Origin: an uncultured Veillonellaceae bacterium
GTDB lineage: Bacteria > Bacillota > Negativicutes > JARBTT01
Direction of reading: 5' to 3'
DNA: 64,000 nucleotides
Assembly: GCA_963805085.1 (NCBI GenBank)
Contig: CAWDTA010000002.1
Coordinates: 1,376,001-1,440,000 of the forward strand
The notes below the pieces were generated by a model. It saw nothing but the letters and a program-made list of their open reading frames with translations. It was not told the DNA's origin and did no database searches. Position numbers and translations under genes: made by a program. Positions 20,855 through 31,254 of the stretch are shown here, one piece after another (within the stretch, counting starts at the first letter, position 1; every line of letters starts with the position of its first letter).

Positions 20855-21980
20855 ATGAAAATTTCAAAGAAAGATGCGTTGATATGGTTTGAATTTTTTT
20901 CGCTATTGCCTGAGGAAGAGGAACTTATGACAAAACAACAAGAAATCATTTACTGCTACCTTTGCGCAAATTGAGGCAGCGATTGATCATAGAAATGATA
21001 CGTTAATGTCGGAAATTAGAGGTTTGAAAACTTTGGAGAATAGAACTTTTTTTGTGGGAAATGAAAACAAATTCCCAAAAGGATGTCGTTCTTGTCTGTT
21101 GGGCACTGGTTTGAGTGCAATTAGGAAAACGAACAAATGTAACATAGAGTGTAAGTTCTGTTATAATTATGGAGAACTAGAAGATATTCCTCCGGTTGGC
21201 GAAGGTATGTGGGAAATTGGAGGCACAAAATTTTATGAGAAGGATATTGATTTACTTCTTTCCATCCACCAGAAACCCACTGGCATTTCCTACGTTTATT
21301 TAGAGCCATTCATGGAAATTGAAAAATACTATTCGGTAATAAAGAAATTTAGTGATGCTCAGATTCATCAACATCTATATACAAATGGCACTTTAGCTAC
21401 GGAAGAGACATTGAAAGCATTAGGTGAAGCCGGTCTTAACGAGATACGTTTCAACCTGGGTGCTTCTAAGTGTTCAGACAAAGTTATTGAAAATATTGGA
21501 ATAGCGAAAAAATATATTAAAAATGTAGGTATTGAAACTCCAATGACTCCTGAGTTTTTCGAAGCTTTTTTTAAGAAAAAGCAAGCGATCTTAGAGACAA
21601 AACTCGATTTTATCAATTGTGCAGAATTACATTTAAATGAGAATAACATAGACAATTATTATGGGGAAAATATGTATATTTCCAGACATGGCTATATATC
21701 TCCAATTTGGAGTAGGGAATTAACTCTGAAATTCATGAAAATAGCCGATGAAGAAAAGTGGGATTTAGTAGTTCATGATTGCTCAAACTATACAAAATTT
21801 GCCAGAGATTTAAATTTGAGCAGCAAAGAGGGTAAGTGGTTCGGAGCCAGTAATTATGCCTGTGAGTTTTCCAGGATTCCATACGAAGTATTTTTACCAA
21901 TACTGCGTGATGACAATTTCAAATTTTTAAGTGAAGAAGAATTGCCTGACGGCTATAAACCAGGAGAGCTGATTTTTTAG
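20855..21980 (+). pseudogene. Radical SAM protein with 1-nt frameshift near 20954 (or sequencing error)
   Basis: MKISKKDALIWFEFF..QQEIIY then shifted ATFAQIEAAIDHRNDTLMSE; CNIECKFC (CxxxCxxC). Confidence 0.85.
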
Positions 21981-22038
21981 AGCGTCTTGTCAATTACGAG
22001 TGTTGTATTAAAAAATTAGCCATTCAGTGGCATGTTAA

Positions 22039-22284
22039 GAGGGACAAGGGGACAGGTTCTCTGTCCCAAGATGAAAAAATGTTATACTGTTATTGGGGTG
22101 GTATAATGCCGAGATAAGCAAGGGAAAAAAGCCGAACCAGAATATATCATCTAATGTTTAGGGGAATTAATAAGCAAAATATATTTGAAGACGAAGAGGA
22201 GAGAAAAAAATTTTAGAAACGCTAAAATATTAAAAAAGTGTAATTAATGGAATATAGTGGCGCGGAGAACCTGTCCCCGCGTCC
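22039..22284 (+). mobile_element. Internally deleted RAYT/REP mini-element, copy 1
   Basis: Left GGGACAAGGGGACAGGTTCTCTGTCCC; MPR*AREKSRTRIYHLMFRGINKQNIFEDEE; joined to 3' end ATGGAATATAGTGG..AACCTGTCCCCGCGTCC. Confidence 0.8.
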
Positions 22285-22380
22285 GATAAATAAAAAGTAT
22301 TAGCGTAATGTTGATGCTTTTTTTGTACATACTAATTAGGAGAGTGCGATGTAATCAAACTGATTTTGAGGGGTGATTTC

Positions 22381-22552
22381 GTGGACAATAAGCCAAATAA
22401 GTTAATCAATGAAAAATCTCCATATCTCCTGCAACATGCTTATAACCCATAGATTGGTACCCTTGGTGTCCTGCAGCATTTGAAAAGGCGAAGCAGGAAG
22501 ATAAGCCAGTATTCTTAAGTATCGGATATTCAACATGTCATTGGTGCCATGT
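22381..22552 (+). pseudogene. Duplicated, frameshifted 5' fragment of yyaL-like gene
   Basis: [23 protein letters not shown] with 1-bp deletion; ends at CHWCHV. Confidence 0.9.
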
Positions 22553-22722
22553 TTCCAAAGGTTACATTTTATGTCTATATTGCAAAAGTAACCTTGCTTA
22601 TACTGGCAAGGGCATTAGTATTTAATTTTATAAAAATGGGGTAATTTTTTTGTCTATTTGCTAGCCAATATTCATGTTGCTATCAATGGTGCAGGTCAAC
22701 ATACTTTGGAGTGGTACTTAGT

Positions 22723-23058
22723 TTAGTCGCTTGACGAAGGCATATATTTTGTTCCCCACTCGGACATGAGCTGAAATAGTGGAATTAACGTTTCCCCTTT
22801 TTGGGTCAATGAATATTCCACTTTAGGCGGTATTTGGTGATATTCTTCTCGATGAATCAACTGTTCAGATTCTAGTTCTTTGAGTTGTTGACTTAACATC
22901 TTATGAGTGATAGGTGGTATGCTTTTTTTTAGTTGACCATATCTTTGCAGTCCATTGTGAAACAATGAGGCCAGTATAATCCACTTCCATTTGCCTCCAA
23001 TAACGGATAAGGTATATAGAAGGGGCTTGCCACATTCATTCATTGAGCAATTCATCAT
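22723..23058 (-). CDS. HxlR-family winged-helix regulator
   Basis: IGGKWKWIIL, ITHKMLSQQLKELE, PPKVEYSLT. Confidence 0.92.
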   Translation of the reverse strand: MMNCSMNECGKPLLYTLSVIGGKWKWIILASLFHNGLQRYGQLKKSIPPITHKMLSQQLKELESEQLIHREEYHQIPPKVEYSLTQKGETLIPLFQLMSEWGTKYMPSSSD

Positions 23059-23177
23059 AACGCTCTCCTTTTGTATAGTATCTACCTTTAAAGTGCATAC
23101 TTTACTTTATGCTAAAACTATATACAATTAAGAGAGAGAAATCAAGTAAATAAGATCTAAAATATGGAGGTATAGTT

Positions 23178-23834
23178 ATGAAAATAATAGCGATAAACGG
23201 AAGCCCAAGAAAAAAATGGAATACGGCAACGCTACTCAATAAAGCAATGGAAGGTGCAGTTACGCAAGGAGCAGAGACGGAACTTATACATCTTTATGAT
23301 CTCAACTACAAAGGATGTATCAGCTGCTTTGCTTGTAAAAGCAAAGGTGGTAAAAGTTATGGTAAGTGTCCAATACAGGATGATCTAGCACCGATTTTCA
23401 AAAAAGTGGAGGAAGCAGATGCCATTATATTAGGGTCTCCAATTTATATGGGAAGGGTTACTGGCGAGATGGCAGCCTTCATGGACCGTTTTGTTTTTCA
23501 ATATTCAGTTTATAGTGATCCTCCACAATCACTTTTTCCTAAAAAAATTAATACAGGCTTTATCTACACAATGAATGCAACAGAGGAACAGATGAAAGCA
23601 ATGGACTATGATCACCACTTTGTTATTAATGAAAATATGTTGCAACGTATATTCGGGGTTTCAGAGTATCTCCTTAGTTTTGATACGTACCAATTTGAGG
23701 ATTACTCAAAGGTGGTTGCAACAAGGTTTGATCCTGAGAAGAAAGCTAAGAGGCGAGAAGAAGTATTTCCCGATGATTGTAAAAAGGCATTTGAAATGGG
23801 GGCTAGGCTTGTAACCGAGAAGTTTGAATCATGA
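23178..23834 (+). CDS. Flavodoxin-family (iron-sulfur flavoprotein/NADPH-dependent FMN reductase) protein
   Basis: INGSPRKKWNT, GCISCFACK, LGSPIY. Confidence 0.9.
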   Translation: MKIIAINGSPRKKWNTATLLNKAMEGAVTQGAETELIHLYDLNYKGCISCFACKSKGGKSYGKCPIQDDLAPIFKKVEEADAIILGSPIYMGRVTGEMAAFMDRFVFQYSVYSDPPQSLFPKKINTGFIYTMNATEEQMKAMDYDHHFVINENMLQRIFGVSEYLLSFDTYQFEDYSKVVATRFDPEKKAKRREEVFPDDCKKAFEMGARLVTEKFES

Positions 23835-23882
23835 TATTTGAAAAATGAGTGGTCTCAGGGAGGCTTCTTGGTTCAAATTTAT

Positions 23883-24128
23883 GAGGGACAAGGGGACAGG
23901 TTCTCTGTCCCAAGATGAAAAAATGTTATACTGTTATTGGGGTGGTATAATGCCGAGATAAGCAAGGGAAAAAAGCCGAACCAGAATATATCATCTAATG
24001 CTTAGGGGAATTAATAAGCAAAATATATTTGAAGACGAAGAGGAGAGAAAAAATTTTAGAAGCGCTAAAATATTAAAAAAGTGTAATTAATGGAATATAG
24101 TGGCGCGGAGAACCTGTCCCCGCGTCCG
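23883..24128 (+). mobile_element. Internally deleted RAYT/REP mini-element, copy 2
   Basis: Near-identical to 22039-22284. Confidence 0.8.
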
Positions 24129-24223
24129 ATAAATAAAAAGTATTAGCGTAATGTTGATGCTTTTTTTGTACATACTAATTAGGAGCGTGCGATGTAATCA
24201 AACTGATTTTGAGGGGTGATTTC

Positions 24224-26290
24224 GTGGACAATAAGCCAAATAAGTTAATCAATGAAAAATCTCCATATCTCCTGCAACATGCCTATAACCCAGTAGATTG
24301 GTACCCTTGGTGTCCTGCAGCATTTGAAAAGGCGAAGCAGGAAGATAAGCCAGTATTCTTAAGTATCGGATATTCAACATGTCATTGGTGTCATGTCATG
24401 GAAAGAGAATCATTTGAGGCTGAAGAAGTCGCCGAAATCCTGAATCGTGATTATGTGTCAATTAAGGTAGATCGGGAGGAACGTCCAGATATTGATCATA
24501 TCTATATGAAGGCTTGTCAGCTCCTTACAGGACGAGGGGGCTGGCCACTTACGATTTTGATGACGGCTGATAGAAAGCCATTTTTCGCAGGTACTTATTT
24601 TTCAAAAACCAATCAGCATGGACGCATTGGTTTGATAGAGCTCTTGGCAAAGATAGCTGTGGCATGGAAATCGAATCGGAGTTCTCTATTAGAACATAGT
24701 GATGTACTTACAAAAGCCGTACAAGAAACATCCTTAGAAAGTGGTGTGGGTCAATTATCGGAGAATTTATTACATCAAGCTTATGCAAATATAGAAGATA
24801 GTTTTGATGTAACTTATGGGGGCTTTGCCGAAGCACCTAAATTTCCGACGCCACATAATTTGATGTTTTTAATGAGGTATTATCATAAGACGAAAAAAAT
24901 GGAAGCGCTTCAGATGGTGGAGAAGACACTTTCATCAATGCATGCGGGGGGCATTTATGATCATATTGGATATGGATTTGCCCGTTATTCAACAGATACA
25001 AAATGGATAGTTCCACATTTTGAAAAGATGCTTTATGATAATGCTCTGTGTATTATTGCCTATGCTGAAGCTTATCAAAGTACTGGAAAACGTGAATATG
25101 CACAGGTTACAGAAGAAATCATTGCATATGTAAAACGCGATATGACCGATGTCCTTGGCGGCTTTTATTCAGCAGAGGATGCTGATAGTGAAGGCATTGA
25201 AGGTAAGTTTTATGTTTTTTCCAAACAAGAGGTGCTAGATGCCTTGGGCGAAGCACAAGGGGAGCTGTTCTGTTCGTATTATGATATTACTGAGCAGGGC
25301 AATTTCATGGAGCAAAAAAATGTTATGAATTACATTGGTCATGATATTGATGATTTTGTCATAGAACATCGTTTAGTAAAAGATGACTTCATTGAATTGT
25401 TAAAGCAGGGGCGGGAAAAGCTATTCGTGCTTCGTAGAAGAAGAATTCCACCATATAAAGATGATAAGATTTTAACAGCTTGGAATGCGCTGATGATTGT
25501 AGCGCTATCAACAGCGGCAAGGGCTCTGCAGAATAAAGCATATGAAACAATGGCCCAAAAAGCCTTGAAGTTTATCTATGCAAGCTTATTTAAAGACAAT
25601 AGATTATTGGCACGTTATCGTGAAAACGAAGCAGAAATATTAGCGTATATAGATGACTATGCGTTTTTGCTATGGGCGCTGGTTGAACTATACGAAACGA
25701 CTTATGAGCCGGAATACTTAACAAAAGCAGAAGCGCTAGCGGGACAAATGAAAATACTATTTTACGATGATGATCAGGGCGGATTTTTCTTCACAGGTAG
25801 TGATGGGGAAGCCTTATTAATGCGCCATAAAGAGATTTATGATGGTGCAATACCATCGGGAAATTCTGTAGCTGCACTGGCGTTACAAAAGTTAGCAGGG
25901 TTAACCGAGAAAAAAGAGTACGAGCTGATTGCAAAAACTTTGTTAGAATTTTTTGTAGATGAGGTAGAGCAAAATCCTGATGCATATACTTTTTATTTAA
26001 TGGCACTTGATTATCATTTAACACCACCACAAAATTTAGTGGTTGCTGGTGATATTTATGATAAAAAATTGCAGTCGACACTAAGTAGAATTCAACGACA
26101 CTTTTTACCATATACCGCCGTATTAGTAAATGCGATTGATAAGGAAAATGAAATCAAAGCGATATTGCCACATATCAGTGATAAATTGCCGATTGAAAAG
26201 AAACCGACTGCTTATCTATGTAAAGACTTCCATTGTTTACCACCGATTACCGATGGAGATGTTTTAGAAGGAAAGTTAAGACAGTGTTAG
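24224..26290 (+). CDS. yyaL: Thioredoxin domain-containing protein (YyaL/SSP411 family)
   Basis: [49 protein letters not shown]. Confidence 0.92.
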   Translation: MDNKPNKLINEKSPYLLQHAYNPVDWYPWCPAAFEKAKQEDKPVFLSIGYSTCHWCHVMERESFEAEEVAEILNRDYVSIKVDREERPDIDHIYMKACQLLTGRGGWPLTILMTADRKPFFAGTYFSKTNQHGRIGLIELLAKIAVAWKSNRSSLLEHSDVLTKAVQETSLESGVGQLSENLLHQAYANIEDSFDVTYGGFAEAPKFPTPHNLMFLMRYYHKTKKMEALQMVEKTLSSMHAGGIYDHIGYGFARYSTDTKWIVPHFEKMLYDNALCIIAYAEAYQSTGKREYAQVTEEIIAYVKRDMTDVLGGFYSAEDADSEGIEGKFYVFSKQEVLDALGEAQGELFCSYYDITEQGNFMEQKNVMNYIGHDIDDFVIEHRLVKDDFIELLKQGREKLFVLRRRRIPPYKDDKILTAWNALMIVALSTAARALQNKAYETMAQKALKFIYASLFKDNRLLARYRENEAEILAYIDDYAFLLWALVELYETTYEPEYLTKAEALAGQMKILFYDDDQGGFFFTGSDGEALLMRHKEIYDGAIPSGNSVAALALQKLAGLTEKKEYELIAKTLLEFFVDEVEQNPDAYTFYLMALDYHLTPPQNLVVAGDIYDKKLQSTLSRIQRHFLPYTAVLVNAIDKENEIKAILPHISDKLPIEKKPTAYLCKDFHCLPPITDGDVLEGKLRQC

Positions 26291-26305
26291 GCTATAATAA
26301 ATGAA

Positions 26306-26345
26306 GAAGAAGGCTCTTAGCTGATTTTTAGCTAGGAGCTTTCTT
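26306..26345 (+). terminator. Terminator after yyaL
   Basis: GGCTCTTAGCT..AGCTAGGAGCTTT hairpin. Confidence 0.6.
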
Positions 26346-26711
26346 TCTAATCCTTGAATTAATAACCTGCATAAAGCTGAAATATTGGTCGATGATTTAT
26401 TTGTATATAGGAAGTTAGCGTGAAAAATAACAATAACATAGTCTTTTGCAACAGCTACAGCTCATACAAAATCAAGTCTAAACGTTTAGTTAAATCTTAT
26501 ATCAATTTGGCAGAAAGTGTTTCTGCGAAAATTTGTGATTTTAATATTAGAAAGATAATACACCAGTGTTAACAAGGAAAAGCTTGTTGAATGCAAAAAA
26601 AATTCTTTAAACTTCAAACTTTTTTCAAAGTAGTATTGTATAATATTTTAATATGGTAATTATTACTGTAATTGTTGTTGTCTAAAATATATAAGAAAGG
26701 AAATTTTTACT

Positions 26712-27623
26712 TTGAATAAATATATTAAAAAATGTCTATCTGTTATAAATAAGAGTTATGTTGCAAAACCATTATTAATTGCTTTTTTTTCAATTGTTAT
26801 TGCTTATTATCTACCAGATTTAACAGCAAATTTTATCGAAGAAGGACTGCCTGATTTTCCAGAGATTAAGCCCAATAAACTGGATTTATATAATCAGATT
26901 CACCTTTTTAGTATGGGATTCATTCTTATTTTCAGTTGTTCAATATCATTCTATGGAATGTATGGACTTATTCGTTATACGATGTTGCAAAAGCATCGGG
27001 GGAGAAGGAAACTTATTCTTGTTCTAGTTACATATATGTACATGATTATCGGCTTTGCTAATACCTACTTTTTAATTAGCTATGTTGGTGATGGCTATGA
27101 TGCGATAAATAAATTTAATAATTATTATAAGCTATCCCAAAATAAAGATACAAAGGATCTAATAATTCAAAAAGAGCTTCGTATATCAAATTCTAATGCT
27201 CTTTCGGGAATCCAAGATAAACTGTGGTCTGGGGTTGATACCAGAGAACAACTCCAACTTTGGAACTCTGGACTTTCTAAAGATATAGCGGAGCCGCTCC
27301 CAATTTCCATTATTTTAAAGGGGGTTGAATACCCTCAAACTCAGGTTATACGATACCTGCCGGACAATAAATCATCTGTATATGCCAATTGCCTATATTT
27401 TAGTACGATTACCATAGCCGCGTTAGGGTATGGGGATATTTTGCCGCAGTCTTATTTAGCTAAGCTGCTTGTCTGTTTAGAGACGATACTTGGACAATTA
27501 TTGCTAGCATTAGGGATTGCCAGCGCATATTCAGGAATCTCGAGCACAAGTAGGAATAAGCCTTCTGTAAAGCAAGCGGTAAATATAGATAGAATAACTG
27601 GTGGCTATAGTATTACAAAATAA
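26712..27623 (+). CDS. Potassium-channel-domain (Ion_trans_2) membrane protein
   Basis: LYFSTITIAALGYGDILP pore-like motif; TM helices. Confidence 0.75.
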   Translation: MNKYIKKCLSVINKSYVAKPLLIAFFSIVIAYYLPDLTANFIEEGLPDFPEIKPNKLDLYNQIHLFSMGFILIFSCSISFYGMYGLIRYTMLQKHRGRRKLILVLVTYMYMIIGFANTYFLISYVGDGYDAINKFNNYYKLSQNKDTKDLIIQKELRISNSNALSGIQDKLWSGVDTREQLQLWNSGLSKDIAEPLPISIILKGVEYPQTQVIRYLPDNKSSVYANCLYFSTITIAALGYGDILPQSYLAKLLVCLETILGQLLLALGIASAYSGISSTSRNKPSVKQAVNIDRITGGYSITK

Positions 27624-27671
27624 ATTACCTAGTATCGATCCTGCCGTTAAATATAACTGCTTACTGAGTTG

Positions 27672-27733
27672 AAAAGGAAACGCCTACTGATTTCTATATG
27701 AATTCAATAGGTGTTCTGAGCTTTTATAAGAGA
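27672..27733 (+). repeat. Co-oriented intergenic repeat, copy 6
   Basis: GAAACGCCTACTGA..ATGAATTCAATAGGTGTTCTGAGCTTTTAT. Confidence 0.75.
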
Positions 27734-27755
27734 AAAATTTATTCCTTTTTGCTAC

Positions 27756-27868
27756 ATAAAATATAAATATTAAAAGGAGGTTCCTGTTTAAATTTGTATA
27801 AATTTGGCAGAAATTTCAAACTTTTTTGAGAATAGGTAAGTTTAATCTTAAAAATTTGATGGTGAGGT
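27756..27868 (+). repeat. Co-oriented intergenic repeat, copy 7 (tandem with copy 6)
   Basis: TTCCTG..TTTGTATAAATTTGGCAGAA..TGAGAATAGGTAAGTTTAAT..TTGATGGTGAGGT. Confidence 0.8.
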
Positions 27869-27877
27869 ATTAGAAAT

Positions 27878-27961
27878 ATGTTTAGATATGTACATACCAA
27901 TATTATAGCGAAGGACAGTAAGAAATTAATAAACTTTTATAAAGATGCATTAAAATGGTAG
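27878..27961 (+). pseudogene. N-terminal fragment of VOC/glyoxalase protein
   Basis: MFRYVHTNIIAKDSKKLINFYKDALKW*. Confidence 0.6.
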
Positions 27962-28010
27962 TAGGCTAAGAAATTTGGTTTTGCGTACCGCTGAAAGAGG
28001 GGATTTTGAA

Positions 28011-28442
28011 ATGAACAGAATGAATATTATTTGTTTAGGTGTAAGAAATATGGAAATATCAATCAAATTTTATCGTGATGGTCTCGGCTTTAAAACAAAT
28101 GAAAAAAGCAACAATCCAGAAGTAATCTTTTTTAATGCATCTGGAACGAAACTTGAATTATATCCATTAAATTTGTTAGCAAAGGATATTAATGAAAATA
28201 ACCCGCCTGAAATTACGAATGGTTTTGCTGGAGTTACCCTTGCCTATAATGCCAAAAGTAAAATAGAAGTTTGTGAAATTATTGAATTGGCAAGAAAATC
28301 GGGAGCAAAGATTGTAAAAGAACCACAAGATGTTTTCTGGGGTGGTTATCATGGTTACTTTTCTGATCCAGATGGGTACTATTGGGAAGTCGCCTGGGGG
28401 CCAGACTTTACCTTTGATGAAAATGATATGCTGAAATTTTAG
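28011..28442 (+). CDS. VOC (glyoxalase/bleomycin resistance) family protein
   Basis: ICLGVRNM..FYRDGLGF; PQDVFWGGYHGYFSDPDGYYWEV. Confidence 0.92.
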   Translation: MNRMNIICLGVRNMEISIKFYRDGLGFKTNEKSNNPEVIFFNASGTKLELYPLNLLAKDINENNPPEITNGFAGVTLAYNAKSKIEVCEIIELARKSGAKIVKEPQDVFWGGYHGYFSDPDGYYWEVAWGPDFTFDENDMLKF

Positions 28443-28457
28443 AGTCTAATAAGCATA

Positions 28458-28559
28458 AATAGAATGTAAATAGTAAAAAGAAACTCCTGCTGAGTTCTGT
28501 ATGAATTTAGCAGGAGTTTTAAGCTTATATGAGAATATGTAAATTTAAAATATAGAAAA
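28458..28559 (+). repeat. Co-oriented intergenic repeat, copy 8
   Basis: AATAGAATGTAAA..AAACTCCTGCTGAGTTCTGTATGAATTTAGCAGGAGTTTTAAGCTTATATGAGAATATGTAA. Confidence 0.9.
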
Positions 28560-28581
28560 CTCATACAAGGAGTGTTGTATT

Positions 28582-29148
28582 GTGCGTAGATTAATTTGTT
28601 TGGTAATTACTATTAATATTCTGCTGATTTGCTTGCCCGGAAAGTCATATTGCTATGCCTCAGAATCCAAGATTGAAGTGGAGTCGGACTACTTGACGCA
28701 TGCACACTTTAAAGACCGCTATATTGATACGGTATCACTACATATACTTGAGAATATTTCAAAAAAAAACAATTGGTCTATATATAGAGGCGTTACAATC
28801 ACTCGACCGTATGGACACATAATAAATGACAATCAACAGATTAAAGACAGTTCCGCAGTTGGGATCGGACCCGTTTATATGATTCGCAATGGAAAGAAAA
28901 TTTCAGAAAAACTATATGAAGCATTAGATATGAGCGGCGGATTTATTGTATATGACAAAGCATTTCCGGCAGAAGGAAGATATTATAATTTTATGTGGCG
29001 AATCGGACCTCGATTGATTTATAAAACTAGTGAAAACTCTTCAATAAATATCGGGTATACACTAATGCATGTTTCTAATGGTTTTGGAACTCATAATCCT
29101 GGATATAACGGTGAAGGAGTTTCATTAAGTTTCGAGAGGAATTTTTAA
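28582..29148 (+). CDS. Acyloxyacyl hydrolase / PagL-like lipid A deacylase beta-barrel
   Basis: Signal peptide; YNFMW, HVSNG..NPGYN motif; C-terminal Phe. Confidence 0.75.
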   Translation: MRRLICLVITINILLICLPGKSYCYASESKIEVESDYLTHAHFKDRYIDTVSLHILENISKKNNWSIYRGVTITRPYGHIINDNQQIKDSSAVGIGPVYMIRNGKKISEKLYEALDMSGGFIVYDKAFPAEGRYYNFMWRIGPRLIYKTSENSSINIGYTLMHVSNGFGTHNPGYNGEGVSLSFERNF

Positions 29149-29175
29149 ATCAGTAAAATTCTAAGTAGAATACAT

Positions 29176-29209
29176 AAAAACACTGCTCTGATGAGGAAGC
29201 AGTGTTTTT
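29176..29209. terminator. Bidirectional terminator
   Basis: AAAAACACTGCT..AGCAGTGTTTTT. Confidence 0.7.
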
Positions 29210-29215
29210 GCGTTT

Positions 29216-30277
29216 TTATAATAATGCCTGTACCCTTGCAATGTATAATTTTTCTTTTTGTAGATCCAAAAATTTGCCATTTTGCATGCAGATAAGTGGC
29301 TTAGTAAAGCAAGCGTCTTTGGCGGAAAAGGCAATGACTTTTGCTTTTACACCATTGCTTAAGATCACGCTACTCCCGGTGAAATAATTTTGCATATTAT
29401 CAATGAAAGTCAAACAGGCACCGGGCTCTAACTTCTTGAACATAGAATCTGCCAATATATCAAGTGCTTGGAATGGCGTCATTTTAAGGCGGTATACCCG
29501 ATCCGATGTAATCGAATCGTAGATATCCGCAATGGCAATAATTTTTGCCTCAGAACAAATTTCATCATCGATAAGCCCCAGGGGATATCCGCTACCATCC
29601 AGACATTCATGGTGCTGGAAAATTCCGAGTTTGATATTTTCAGAAAGTCGAGCATCTTTAAGCAATTGATAGGCTTCTTGAGGATGCTTCTTAATGATGA
29701 CGAATTCTTCATCAGATAAACGATCTGGCTTATTTAGTATGGACAAAGGAATAAATAATTTGCCAATATCATGCAGTAGGCCAGTTAAAATTAGATCTTT
29801 CAACTCAGCTCTTTTGTAACCACACCACTTACCCAAAATCCCAGCAGTTATAGCAACATTTAAGGAGTGTTTGAAGGTATACTCACTATAACATCGTATA
29901 TTGTGTAGATGTTCTAAAACACCAATTGTTTCTACTAAAAGGACAATCTTTTGATCGATGAGTTCCTGTATCTCAGCAATTGGAACTTCTCTAAATTTTT
30001 TAATCTGTTCAAATGCATGAACAATTTTATCAATCGTTTCATTATATCCTTTGTTAAATTCTTCCTTAGTCATATAAACGGCAATGTCTTCATTCTTCAT
30101 TTTCTCTGGGGGATTATCAATATAGATAGATGATAATCCCCAGCTTCTAAGCCTGTTTATTTGTGATTGATTGAGAATAACACCTTGAGCCAATAGTTTT
30201 ATAAATCCATCCCCGACGATTATATCTTCACTTGTGCACAAACCGGGAACTAAATTTTTTGTAAAAATTAAATTCAT
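29216..30277 (-). CDS. HD-GYP domain phosphodiesterase
   Basis: LLHDIGK, HHECLDGSGYP, IADIYDS. Confidence 0.92.
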   Translation of the reverse strand: MNLIFTKNLVPGLCTSEDIIVGDGFIKLLAQGVILNQSQINRLRSWGLSSIYIDNPPEKMKNEDIAVYMTKEEFNKGYNETIDKIVHAFEQIKKFREVPIAEIQELIDQKIVLLVETIGVLEHLHNIRCYSEYTFKHSLNVAITAGILGKWCGYKRAELKDLILTGLLHDIGKLFIPLSILNKPDRLSDEEFVIIKKHPQEAYQLLKDARLSENIKLGIFQHHECLDGSGYPLGLIDDEICSEAKIIAIADIYDSITSDRVYRLKMTPFQALDILADSMFKKLEPGACLTFIDNMQNYFTGSSVILSNGVKAKVIAFSAKDACFTKPLICMQNGKFLDLQKEKLYIARVQALL

Positions 30278-30292
30278 GCGTACCTCCGCAAC

Positions 30293-30490
30293 CTACTGCT
30301 TTTCTCTCCAAGCTCGTATTTCAACATAACTTATATTTTTTTGGAATAAATTTTTGGGGGAATAAGTTTTTAAATAAAAATATCGTAGAGTCAGAAGCAA
30401 TATACCCGATCCTAATAAAATAATATAAATTCTATATAGAAGTTCCGTTGATATATTCATGTAGCCCTCCGTGTGATTTATTTTGTTCAT
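30293..30490 (-). CDS. Small hypothetical membrane peptide
   Basis: One hydrophobic segment; likely start is the internal Met after GGAGG. Confidence 0.4.
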   Translation of the reverse strand: MNKINHTEGYMNISTELLYRIYIILLGSGILLLTLRYFYLKTYSPKNLFQKNISYVEIRAWREKQ

Positions 30491-31254
30491 GTTTTTGCAC
30501 GCAGATTATGAATAGCTTTTTCTAAGTTTATTTCAAGCTTTTTAAAAGACTCCACTGTAGTAATTTCAGTTGCTTGCACTATAATCTGCAGCTCTTCCAG
30601 TTCTGTACGCTTTTTTTCGACTGTTTTAAACACTTCAAGCATAAACATTCTCCATTATTAGCGTAGTCATTATTTTCATAAGTTTCATTAACTCCAGGTT
30701 CCTTTACCTGTATTGATCTTAATTTTTGATTTAAGTTGCAAATTTAGATAATTGTATATTTTTAATTTGATGAATATTAAGACAATGGTCCTGATATTGA
30801 TATATAGGGGTTCTATCTTATTTCAATTATCGAATAGCCAACCTTTTATGAAGTAAAGATGATGGTCTTTATTTTTTTTATTTTTCTCTATAACAGAATT
30901 CTGTAAGGCGAAGAGTGCAGTTAAAAAATTAGTCGAAAAAAGGCCTTTCATAGTATATACAGCTTAGCATAAATAAGAATCACTTGTTAATTATCTAATT
31001 GGATAGAATGTTTTATCCAATTGGATAATTGCTCTATATAAAATTATTATTAACAGATCTTAACTTGGGTACTAAGTCTTATAAAATAAGCATCCGTTAA
31101 AGACAGCATGGGAAATCTTATATTAAAATTTTTTTAAGAAAACTTGTAGTAATTTTCCTCAATTAGAGAAAATGTAGCAATTATTGAGTTATCTGTTATT
31201 ATAGAGTATACTTTCGATTAAAATATTATCGGCAAGAAAGGTAGCTTTTAGGAG

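Larger units (their letters stand above)
22039..22552 (+). repeat. 514-bp direct repeat, copy 1 (copy 2 at 23883-24396)
   Basis: Base-by-base match with about 7 differences. Confidence 0.95.

Noticed and set aside
30500-31250. Riboswitch or sRNA in long intergenic regions (also 45000-45260)
   Set aside because: I could not recognise conserved motifs of c-di-GMP, SAM, TPP, T-box or cobalamin elements by eye; an Rfam scan would be needed.
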